Shown here: one piece after another, positions 54,990 through 64,000 of the stretch
How the letters are laid out: each line of letters begins with the position of its first letter
Position numbering within the stretch: the stretch's first letter is position 1
Source of the DNA: Opitutales bacterium
GTDB taxonomy: Bacteria > Verrucomicrobiota > Verrucomicrobiia > Opitutales > UBA2987
Reading direction: 5' to 3'
Assembly: GCA_965226885.1 (NCBI GenBank)
Contig: CBDDEL010000016.1
Coordinates: 256,001 to 320,000, forward strand
Length of the DNA: 64,000 nt
Notes under the pieces: generated by a model
Database searches by the model: none
What the model saw: only the letters and a program-made list of their open reading frames with translations
Told to the model about the DNA's origin: nothing
Made by a program: the position numbers and the translations under genes

Positions 54990-56306
54990 TCAATGATTTA
55001 GCTCAGGCAACCTGCCGTTTTTCCTCACGAAGGCGATAACGGGGTCACGGGCCTGGACAGGTATGGGATGAAGGCTGTCTTTTGGCAGGTTGAAGCGCTC
55101 GGCAAGCTCCCGGGCGGCAAAACTATTGGTGATCAAGGTGTAAGTGGATTTCTCCCTCATAAATTGATTTTTTTTCAGGATTTCGCCGATTTGCTCCTGA
55201 ATCATATCCAGGATGACGAGGGTGTTTCCCCAAGGCATAATTTCATAAAAGTCACGCACTTCGATAGGACCGGCAGGAAGGTCTTGCATATTAGCGCCGG
55301 GGTTTTGCCAACCAAAATCGGTTTGGTAGGCCTCCTTCCAAACTTGGGCGACCATGGACCTCAACTCTATGTCACGCCGGAGAAAGCGTTGGGATTCACC
55401 GATCACGATGTTCATTTCCGATGCTAATTTCCCCTCCCAAAAGTCGATTCTCTCCTGGGTTGCGGTATCCGCGGGCAGGTCATTAACCGGGATGGCAATG
55501 AGATTCCATTTATAATCGAGAATGCCGTTGTTTTCGGGATCAATCTTCAAATCCAGCCGCCCAACGTAATGGCCGAAAGCGCCCGCCTGTACGATTAGAA
55601 CGCCTTCGATTTCCTTTGCGGATTCCATCAGCGTATGGGTGTGGGCGCCAAGGATAAGGTCGAGCCCATCGGTCTCCTTGGCCAATTCCTGGTCGCGGTC
55701 CAAACCAAGGTGGGAGAGAGCGATCACCAAATCGGCCTTTTTCTTCAACTCCTTTATGTGCCGGGAGACGGCAGCGGCGGGATGCTCGAAATCGAGTGCG
55801 TCCTGGTAAACCCATTGGCTTGTGGCCAAGCCGATAAGGCCAATTTTCAACTTTCCCGCCGGGAGCAGGAGGGTCTCCGCGTCGCCCACTGGTTCACCTA
55901 CGCGCTGAATATTGGCTGCCAGGAGTGGAAAATCGGCAATTTGGAGAAATTTGGCGGTTTGTTCGAGTCCAAGGTCGAACTCGTGGTTGCCCAAAACGGC
56001 GGCATCGTAACCGGCCGCGTTCATTACCTCGAAGATGGGCTCACCCTGAAAAACCGAGCTGACAACAGTTCCCTGGATCATGTCGCCACCGTCGAGGATG
56101 AGCACCGCGCCTCCATCCGCCTCGACTTTTGATTTTACGGTTCTGAAATAGGCGGCGATGTTGGCCCAACCTCCCCTGCCCTCCTTGTCGGGCAAAAGAC
56201 GGGCATGGACATCATTGGTATATAGAATAGTCAGGTGAACCGGTTCACCGCCGAAAAGCGAATTAGAAGCGATACCGATCAGAGCCAACAATAACAAAAG
56301 CCTCAT
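54990..56306 (-). CDS. exported bifunctional metallophosphatase / 5'-nucleotidase
   Basis: Signal peptide; TNDVH, DGGD, LGNHEFD, LSHLG, GAHTH, PWGN. Confidence 0.88.
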   Translation of the reverse strand: MRLLLLLALIGIASNSLFGGEPVHLTILYTNDVHARLLPDKEGRGGWANIAAYFRTVKSKVEADGGAVLILDGGDMIQGTVVSSVFQGEPIFEVMNAAGYDAAVLGNHEFDLGLEQTAKFLQIADFPLLAANIQRVGEPVGDAETLLLPAGKLKIGLIGLATSQWVYQDALDFEHPAAAVSRHIKELKKKADLVIALSHLGLDRDQELAKETDGLDLILGAHTHTLMESAKEIEGVLIVQAGAFGHYVGRLDLKIDPENNGILDYKWNLIAIPVNDLPADTATQERIDFWEGKLASEMNIVIGESQRFLRRDIELRSMVAQVWKEAYQTDFGWQNPGANMQDLPAGPIEVRDFYEIMPWGNTLVILDMIQEQIGEILKKNQFMREKSTYTLITNSFAARELAERFNLPKDSLHPIPVQARDPVIAFVRKNGRLPELNH

Positions 56307-56367
56307 GGCAGGACTCAAAGGCGCAAGTCTTGCCGGGTCGATCCTTTATTGAATCGTCCTTTCAATT

Positions 56368-56419
56368 TCGCCCTTTTAAGTATTTGATAAATATCGCCCT
56401 TTTAAGTATTTGATAAATA
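56368..56419. repeat. exact 26-bp tandem duplication
   Basis: TCGCCCTTTTAAGTATTTGATAAATA x2 in a divergent promoter region. Confidence 0.9.
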
Positions 56420-56446
56420 AAAAAATTAAATTAGATACTGATACTT

Positions 56447-57451
56447 ATGATAGAAAACATTCCTAATTGGCACCCGTTATTCGTTCATTTTCCGATAGGG
56501 CTTTTTATGGGCTCCATCGTATTGCACGGTATCGGATTTTTTATCTCAAAGGAAGAAACCAGAGGAAACCTGCGTATCGCAGCCAACTGGATGCTGTGGT
56601 CAGGCGCGGCGGCAACCGTATTCACTCTTTTGAGCGGATGGCTAGCTTCTATGGTTGTTGCCCATACCGACGAATCCCATGCCGAGATGATTCTTCACCG
56701 CAATTGGGCTATTTCGGCTTCGGTAATCTTCTTTATACTGACGGCCTGGTCCATCCACCATATGCGAAAAGGCCGGACGCTTCCCAACCTGTTCTACGGG
56801 CTGCTCCTGCTGGGCGGAATTTTGCTGGGAATAACCGGCTGGGAAGGCGGCGAACTCGTTTACGAGCATGGCATGGGCGTCGAGCCAATGGAGAAGATAA
56901 TAGGAGATAGCCATGACCACGACGGGCACGATGCCGACGATGGTGAGGAGGAAGAGTCGGGCCACGGTCATGACTCCGAGACGACCGAAAGCGAGGATGG
57001 CCATCATCATGACAGTGAACCTGCTAAAATGGAACATACGGAAGAAGAGGATGATCATCATCATGTCATCGATGAAAGCACACCGGCGGGAGCCGTGGAC
57101 AGCTTCCACAATGCCCTCACCCGTGGGGATAAAGAGGCGGTTTATCGCCTTCTGGCGGAGGACGTCCTCATATTTGAAAGCGGCGGAGCGGAGCGATCCC
57201 TGGAGGAATACGCCGGGCACCACATGCCGCTGGACATGGAATTCTCCAAAAACATGAAACGGGAAGTGACCGCGCAATCCATTCAAGAGTCAGGGGACAC
57301 GGCCATTGTTTTCAATGAAAGCCAGACCGAGGGCACATTCAAAAACAAAAAATACAACCTCCTGGGAAAAGAAACCGTCATTCTCAAACGCAACGAAGGC
57401 CAATGGAAAATCACCCACATCCACTGGTCTTCCATGCCGGACAATAAATAA
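56447..57451 (+). CDS. DUF2231-like membrane domain + His/Asp/Glu-rich linker + NTF2/SnoaL-like domain
   Basis: HPLFVHFPI, 4 TM segments, G..GG.LVY.HG.GV; His-rich spacer; L..GD....L..DV.IFE.G, WKI.HIHWS. Confidence 0.75.
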   Translation: MIENIPNWHPLFVHFPIGLFMGSIVLHGIGFFISKEETRGNLRIAANWMLWSGAAATVFTLLSGWLASMVVAHTDESHAEMILHRNWAISASVIFFILTAWSIHHMRKGRTLPNLFYGLLLLGGILLGITGWEGGELVYEHGMGVEPMEKIIGDSHDHDGHDADDGEEEESGHGHDSETTESEDGHHHDSEPAKMEHTEEEDDHHHVIDESTPAGAVDSFHNALTRGDKEAVYRLLAEDVLIFESGGAERSLEEYAGHHMPLDMEFSKNMKREVTAQSIQESGDTAIVFNESQTEGTFKNKKYNLLGKETVILKRNEGQWKITHIHWSSMPDNK

Positions 57452-57573
57452 ATAATAGAGGTCTACACTGTAGCAAGGAAGACACTGATGACATGCTATA
57501 TCTGAGTCGGCAAGATTAAGTGGATTTCTTTTGAGACAGATAAATCAATGCTACTAAATCTCATATATTTGAT

Positions 57574-58904
57574 CACTAGTGTCCAGTTAAAAGCCCTTGA
57601 GCATCAACTGGTTGTGTAATGCTAAGTTTGGCTTTCTTGTTTCGAACTTTGCAAGTAGTTGATATACAGGATCTTTTTGAAAGACGTTCACACTCAAAAC
57701 TTGCAGAATCCGACTCAGACTTTCAGTGACTCCATGCACTTTTTTCAAACAGGCGACCATGAGATAAACGCATATGGCTACCCAAATTTGGGTCTTCACG
57801 GCGTTTTCGGTGGTGCCGTAGAAAGCCTTGATGCGGAGGTTTTGCTTGATCCACTTAAAGAACAGCTCAATGCGCCAGCAGAACAGCTCAATGCGCCAGC
57901 GGCTTTTGTAAATGGCCGCGATAGTCAAGGCGGGCAAGGTGAAGTTGTTGGTGAGGAAGACCAGCCTCTGGCCAGTTGCGCCATCGCGGTAGCGAATGCG
58001 CCGGAGCTTGCCGGGGTATTGGCTTTTGCTTTTGGCGACTTTCAATCCGATGATCTGGTCGCAACTGATTCCGCTGGATCGGTCCACGGGTTGGGAAGCA
58101 CTAACGTAAAAACTCATATTGCTTTTGGCGCGGGTGACGAAGAAGGCAGCAGCCAAATGGATGCGAAAGAGCCGCTGAAAATCGACGTAACCACGATCCA
58201 TTACGTAAATGCTTGCGGGTTCAAAAGCCAGTTCATCAAGGATGTTCACGTCATGCACGCTTGCGTCTGTAATACTGATGAATATAGGGATGGAGCCACG
58301 CAAGTCCATCATCGTATGCAGTTTGATGGCCGCCTTGGTGCGGCGAAATGTTGCCCACGAAAACAACGACAGGCACAGGTCTATGGTCGAGGCATCCAGG
58401 GCATAAACCATCTCGTCTACATTCAATCCAATCGCGTCTTGGGCATACAAACGGCGCGCCTTGGCGATGAGCACTTGAGCCAATGCTTCGTAAAGGCGCC
58501 AGTTGCGATGCTCGTTGGCGTAGGCCAAGTTCGTGCGTGTCACATTGCCCCGGATTCCCATCGCATACAAGTGAGGACTTCCCCGCAGACACGCCTCGAT
58601 GTCACGCAAACTCTCACGGAATGTCATTTGCGCAAAGGCCATGCTCAAGAACTGATCACGGGCACTGAAACTACGACTGGTTCTTGGCATGGGATAAAGA
58701 CTAACGCAGCGTTCGAACTGTTCGCGATGGAGCAAATCCATCGCCTGCGTGAATGCAAGGCGGCCTTCGTTCATGCTGCCCAGTCTCAAAAAGGGTGCGG
58801 AAAGCGCCAGCTAACTTCAAATGCGTCACATCCATGTGGCTACTCAACAAACACATCATCAACGAAATACGACTTTAGACTGGCCGCTTAACTGGACACT
58901 AGTG
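57574..58904 (-). mobile_element. IS4-family element (1331 bp)
   Basis: Perfect 17-bp IRs CACTAGTGTCCAGTTAA; 9-bp TSD ATATTTGAT. Confidence 0.93.
57587..58774 (-). CDS. IS4-family transposase with a 7-aa duplication in the YREK motif
   Basis: QF..M.FAQ.T.RESLRDIE, DASTI, KLH, DRGY, Y..RW.IE.FFK; 21-bp duplication at 57859-57900. Confidence 0.88.
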   Translation of the reverse strand: MNEGRLAFTQAMDLLHREQFERCVSLYPMPRTSRSFSARDQFLSMAFAQMTFRESLRDIEACLRGSPHLYAMGIRGNVTRTNLAYANEHRNWRLYEALAQVLIAKARRLYAQDAIGLNVDEMVYALDASTIDLCLSLFSWATFRRTKAAIKLHTMMDLRGSIPIFISITDASVHDVNILDELAFEPASIYVMDRGYVDFQRLFRIHLAAAFFVTRAKSNMSFYVSASQPVDRSSGISCDQIIGLKVAKSKSQYPGKLRRIRYRDGATGQRLVFLTNNFTLPALTIAAIYKSRWRIELFCWRIELFFKWIKQNLRIKAFYGTTENAVKTQIWVAICVYLMVACLKKVHGVTESLSRILQVLSVNVFQKDPVYQLLAKFETRKPNLALHNQLMLKGF

Positions 58905-58993
58905 ATATTTGATAAAAACTATTTTGTCTTTTATATTAATATTAATTCTTCTTAATATAGGAGAATTAATATATACTATTCTCTTCGGGTGCG

Positions 58994-60321
58994 TGATGTG
59001 CACTGGAAAAAGTGGACACGAGATTCTCCTAAATGGAGAATCGAAGCATGGGAAGAAGACGCTTTAGTATAGAGTTCAAAAATGAGGCAGTTCAACTGAT
59101 GATACTCGATGGTCTGAGCGCCACCGAGGTATCGACCAAACTTGGGGTCAACACCAACCAATTGTATAGGTGGAAGAGGCTCTATCTGGACGATCAGCAG
59201 GGCGAAGCCACCTCAAAGCGACAGAGCAGTCCGAAGGAGATGGCGGCCGAGATAGATCGTCTTCGCAAAGAGCTGCGCCGCTCGGAGCGGATCAACCAGA
59301 TACTAAAAAAAACGGTGGGCTACTTTGCCAAGGACGAACAATGAAGTACCAGTCTGTCAAAGACAACGAGGGGCGCTTCAAGATCGAGGAAATATGCTCG
59401 GCGATGGGGATTTGTCGCAGTGGCTATTACTGCTGGAGGCCCCGAGCGCCCTCGGCCCGGCGGATCGAGGACGAGGGAATCAAGGGGGCGATCCTGAAGG
59501 TACACAAAGAGGCCAAGGGCCGCTATGGGCATCGGCCAATGCACCGCCATCTGAAGGATGATGAGGGCATCGATTGCGGCCGTGACCGGGCTCTGCGTCT
59601 GATGCGTGAAATGGGAATCAAAAGCACCCAGAGTAAACGCTTTAAGCCATTAAAAACCAACAGTAACCATCCCTATGGTTACAGCCCCAATGTGCTTAAA
59701 AAGCATGGCCAGCCGACCCATATCGACGAGGTCTGGGTGGCGGACACGACCTACCTACGGACCCTGGCCGGTTGGATGTACTTGGCCACGGTGATGGACC
59801 TGTTCAGCCGACGCCTGCTGGGCTGGAGCGTTTCCAACCACAACGACGCGAAGCTGGTTGGCAAGGCCCTCAAAGCCGCGGCCATGACCCGCGGCACACT
59901 GCGCACCGGGATTATTCATCACAGCGATCGGGGCAGCCCCTACGCCAGCGACGACTATCAGAGGCTGGTCTCTGAACTAGGCATGAAGCCGAGCATGAGC
60001 GCCCAAGGCAACTGCTACGACAACGCGGCCATGGAATCGTTCTACGGCCGCTTCAAGACCAGCACGATTCGAGGCCGCCACTTTGCCGACGAGCGCGAAC
60101 TGCGATCAACTGTCTTCGAATACGTGGAAATCTTCTACAACCGATATCGCAAACATTCCTCTCTGAGTTACCAAAGCCCAGTCCAATTCGAGGAAAATAT
60201 TTGCCCCCCATGGGGGGCAACGAGAAAACAAAACCCTTTACCAAAACAAGCCGCCTGACACACTAATCAATAAACAATGAATATAAGAGAATCCCGTGTC
60301 CAACAAATCCAGTACACGTCA
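58994..60321 (+). mobile_element. IS3-family element, copy 2 (1328 bp, no TSD)
   Basis: Near-identical to 40270-41597 (F>S and H>P changes in OrfB); flanks do not match each other. Confidence 0.92.
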
Positions 60322-61256
60322 GTCATCACCAGCATATTTCAAGATGTTAAATATCCGATTGTCTGGTTTTGATGCCTTCGCCTGAAACACTTCTACCGGT
60401 TCTTCATCTGTAGTAGTCATGATTTATCTCTAACCCGGATATTTCGTAAAAAAAGTATCGTTGATATGCTTAACTGCTGATATACAGCAGGATAGATCAA
60501 TAATTAAAGCAATATCAGCGATGACAAAAGGTAAACAATTAAAGCTACAGTTGACAAGGGTAAAAGGCCGCCGTGTGCGGATTGATTTCAAGGGCGGAGA
60601 GGTTACTTCGGATGCCGGACTGCTTTTGATCCGGGAAGTAGATCGGCAGTTGGGCTTGACCGAACGAGCGGCCCGACAGTTAGTGGACAAACGGCAGAAG
60701 GGCAAAGTACGCCATGAGGTATTGGGGATGCTGCGGCAGCGCGTTTACGGGCTGGTGGCGGGCTATGAGGATTTGAACGACTTTGATACCCTGCGCCACG
60801 ATCCATTGTTGCAAACGGTAACGGGGCGCATTGAAACGTTGGCCAGCGCGCCGACTTTGTGTCGTTTTGAAAACGGGCAGGATCGGCGGGCGGCCTTTGC
60901 GGTAAACGAGCTGTTGGTCGAACAGTTCATGGGCTCCTTTGCCGAGGAACCCGAAGAGATCATCCTGGACTTTGACGCCACCGACAATCCGGTGCACGGG
61001 CTCCAGGAGGGACGTTTTTTCCACGGTTATTATGATCATTACTGTTTTCTGCCGCTATATGTTTTTTGCGGTGATCAGCTGCTGGTGGCCTACCTGCGGC
61101 CGAGCAAGATCGATGCCAGCAAGCATGCCGGGGCCATCCTCAAATTGCTGGTTAAACGGATTCGCCAAAGCTGGCCCCGTACGCGGATTATTTGGCGCGC
61201 CGACAGTGGATTTTGTCGAGACCGGATACTCTCTTGGTGCGACCGCAACGAAGTTA

Positions 61257-62388
61257 TACCAAATCGCAAAAGGATTGATAAAGATTAAAAAACAGCTATA
61301 AAGGCGGAATGAGAAGATATATGGGAACCGATGAAGACCGTGAACGTATCAAGAAATTGCTCAACAAAGAGGCTGTCGGCTGGCGTAAAGAGCGTTTGGT
61401 GGCATTAAAAATGGGCTTCCAGCCGCACCACAGCATTGATGAAATTGGAGCCATCGTGGGCCGAGGCAAAGCGACGATCCAGCGTTGGTTTGACAAATAT
61501 CGTGCTGCAGGGCTCGGGGCGGTGCTTACACGCGCCTACAAAGGCGGGATCAAAAGCCGTTGCGACAAAGAGGTGGAGGCCTTCTTGCTCAATGGTTTGA
61601 AGGTCGCGCGCTGGAACACAGCCGTTCAGGCGGGGCAAGAGCTGGAGCGACATTTCGGGCGCTCCTTCGCCTACAAGACGGTGTGGCGATGGCTAAAAAA
61701 ATGCGCCGGGGTGCTTCGAGTCCCTCGCCCCGTGCATGAGAAACGGGACTCGGCAAAAGCGGAAGCGTTCAAGCGAGACTTTTTTAAGATCCTCCAGGAG
61801 CTTTCCCTCACCCGAGGCAATCGGGTTCGGGTGTGGTTTGCCGATGAAAGCCGTTTTGGTTTGCTTCCGGTGTACCGCCGGTGCTGGACGCAAAGAGGGC
61901 TTCGGCCGCACAAAAAATATCAGACAAGATACCAGTGGAGCTACTGTTACGGAGCCCTCGACGTGGTCAACGGCGAGATGGTATGCATCCAAACCCCTAG
62001 CACGAATCTACAGTGGACGGAGGCTTTCCTCCAACAGATCAAAAAGCAATATCCTGAGGAGGAACATGTGGTTGTATGGGACGGGGCAGGCTTCCATCCG
62101 CACGACTCGGAGCACCCCAACGTCCCCCCGGGCATACATATCGTGAATTTGCCGCCGTATAGTCCTGAACTCAACCCGATTGAAAGACTTTGGGATATGA
62201 TACAGGATCAAACGGCCAACAAACTGTGGCCGAGCATTGAGCGACTCGAAGAAGTCGTCGCAACCCATCTCAAAGACTGGTGGGAGGACACTGAAAAAGT
62301 CCTCTCTTTAGTTGGCGGAGGCTGGCAGCACATTCAAGCAAACGCTTCTGCCAAATAATTTATTATCATACCTAATGAGATTTGGTAT
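61257..62388 (+). mobile_element. IS630-family element nested in IS1380
   Basis: IRs TACCAAATC(G/T)CA; TA (or TTA) target duplication. Confidence 0.9.
61309..62358 (+). CDS. IS630-family transposase (single frame)
   Basis: WFADESRFG, WDGAGFH, LPPYSPELNPIERLW. Confidence 0.93.
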   Translation: MRRYMGTDEDRERIKKLLNKEAVGWRKERLVALKMGFQPHHSIDEIGAIVGRGKATIQRWFDKYRAAGLGAVLTRAYKGGIKSRCDKEVEAFLLNGLKVARWNTAVQAGQELERHFGRSFAYKTVWRWLKKCAGVLRVPRPVHEKRDSAKAEAFKRDFFKILQELSLTRGNRVRVWFADESRFGLLPVYRRCWTQRGLRPHKKYQTRYQWSYCYGALDVVNGEMVCIQTPSTNLQWTEAFLQQIKKQYPEEEHVVVWDGAGFHPHDSEHPNVPPGIHIVNLPPYSPELNPIERLWDMIQDQTANKLWPSIERLEEVVATHLKDWWEDTEKVLSLVGGGWQHIQANASAK

Positions 62389-62886
62389 TAGTTACATCGT
62401 GGGGATGGCTCGCAATGCACGCTTGCAGCAAGACGCCCAGCAGTTGCAAAAGCAGGCCAAAGAATGGTTCGAACTAAGGGGTAAAAAACAACAGTTATTC
62501 CAGGACTTCGTCTATGCTGCCGATTCGTGGCGATGGCTGCGGTTGGTCATCCATAAAGCCGAACACACCGCACAGGGGTCCAACCCGCGCTTCGTGGTGA
62601 CGAACCTGCCGGGCGATCCCCAGGAGCTTTACGACAAGGTATACTGTGGCCGCGGTGAAATGGAGAACCGAATCAAGGAACAGATGCAATTGTTCAGCGA
62701 GCGCACCAGCGCCTGTAAACGCCGGGATGAAACCGGTACGGGGGTCGGGGTAAAACCGGTACGCTTGGAATAAGGTTTAGGTTAGTAATTGCAGGTACGT
62801 CAAGGTTTAGGGTTTGGGAGTTGGTTTTGGGGATTGGCTTGGGGTCGGTGAGAAGGCCGGAGGCCGACGAGCCGGGCCCAAGGCGT

Positions 62887-63655
62887 TTATTGTTTTGGGC
62901 CACGGCGACGGCGTCGAGCATCGCGCAAGCGGTAGCTTTGCCCGTTGGCTTCGAGGATATGCACCCGATGGGTGAGTCGGTCCAGCAGAGCTCCGGTGAG
63001 CCGTTCGGAACCGAGCACTTCGATCCAGTTCTCAAAGGGCAGGTTGGTGGTGACGATGAGACTGGTGCGCTCGTAAGCGCGGCTGACCACGTCGAAGAGC
63101 AGTTCGGAACCGGTCTTGGAAAAAGGGACGTAACCGAGTTCGTCGAGGATGAGTAGGTCGAGCCTTTCGAGTTGCTTCATGAAGCGCTGCAGGTCGTGGT
63201 TGTCGCGTTGCTCGAGCATATGGGTAACCAGGGCGGTGACCCCCGAAGAAACGGATCCGCCGGCCCTGGGCACAGGCGGCAAAGCCCAGGGCGGTGGCCA
63301 GGTGCGTTTTACCGGTACCGGCGTTACCGAGGAGCAGCACGTTTTCGCGCTGGTCGACATACTCCCCGCGCATGAGCTCTCGGATGAGCGCTTCGTTGAT
63401 CGAGGGCTGCGCTTCAAAGGCGAAGCTCTCGAGGGTCTTGAGCACGGGGAAACGGGCGTTTTTGATCCGCCGCTGGGCGGCCCGCTGTTCGCGTTCAATG
63501 AGCTCCCGTTCGACCAGATGCAACAAAAAGGCGGCGTAATCGAGCCGGTCCCGGGAACAAGCCGCGGCCACCGCCGGCCATTCGCGCAGGATGGTGGGCA
63601 ACTTCAGTTTCTTGAGGTGATGGTGTAACAGCAGCTGGTTTTTTTCTTCCTTCAT
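62887..63655 (-). pseudogene. istB: IstB AAA+ helper, frameshifted at the C5 run 63240-63244
   Basis: GNAGTGKTHLA, LLILDELGYVP, TTNL.F..W, A.LDRL.H, G.SYR split across two frames. Confidence 0.85.
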
Positions 63656-64000
63656 AAAGCCCCTCCTGGAATCTTGAGCAGTTCGCTGTAGGCACCGAGG
63701 TCAGGGGCGGCCACACGGACGTGACGCAGGTGTGGATGGCCGTCCAGCCGGAAGGTTCTGCTCCCGTAGTCTTCCTGAGGATAGAGATACTGGGCGATGG
63801 CCTCACGAGTCAGTCCCCCCCCACCCGCAGGGCCGAGACGACGGCCTGCTGCAAGTCCGCCATGGGGTGTTTCTCCAACAGCCGCAGCACCCGGATATAC
63901 TCCCGGGTGCCTTCGCCCCCGCATTGGCTTTCGAGGCCGGCGTCTGAGGACCTGCAGGCACTGCGGCAACTGCCAGCCCGAGAGTGGGCGGGCGAAGTCC
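63652..64000 (-). pseudogene. istA: 3' end of IstA transposase, apparently frameshifted
   Basis: F.LDGHPHL...V..PDL.AY..L tail overlapping the istB start; upstream frames are discontinuous. Confidence 0.6.

Larger units (their letters stand above)
60434..62713 (+). mobile_element. IS1380-family element, copy 2, interrupted by IS630 and cut by IS21
   Basis: Matches copy 1 from CTAA|CCCGGATA; resumes at 62391 after IS630; diverges at 62714. Confidence 0.92.
62714..64000 (-). mobile_element. IS21-family element (partial; runs off the window) nested in IS1380
   Basis: TGT terminus with tandem GGG.T.AAACCGGTACG repeats; istB and the 3' end of istA. Confidence 0.85.

Noticed and set aside
57659..58891. 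410-aa plus-strand ORF, and other long antisense ORFs such as 20653-21834 and 28630-29619
   Set aside because: Shadow frames opposite well-supported genes, with no recognisable motifs.

Overview
Chromosomal window from a Verrucomicrobiota bacterium, probably Opitutia-like: the 16S carries the exact EUB338-III target GCTGCCACCCGTAGGTGT. Left end: minus-strand rRNA operon (16S-tRNA-Ala-tRNA-Ile-23S, with 23S cut by the window edge), preceded by a Tsr3/DTW-like gene and a Phd/VapC pair whose toxin has an internal in-frame deletion. Middle: transport and catabolic genes (MFS, HOT, PutP, NCS1, AGXT2-like), an AceE-like/prpBCD/DAHP synthase run transcribed divergently from an intact DUF1302-DUF1329-YCF48-MMPL cluster, then ald, LPS core genes, glnA, two divergent CNT transporters, a SWIM-SNF2 helicase, a 5'-nucleotidase and a His-rich DUF2231/NTF2 fusion. 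Ten IS copies from six families (IS1 x3, IS3 x2, IS1380 x2, IS4, IS630, IS21) cover about 11.5 kb (about 18%) and end in a nested IS stack. Every identifiable host gene they interrupt is a signalling or surface gene: both adenylate cyclases, an IPTL-CTERM protein and an O-antigen-ligase/TPR protein. Several 1-nt homopolymer frameshifts may be sequencing artefacts. No CRISPR array or prophage was seen. All family calls come from motif recognition by eye, not database searches.
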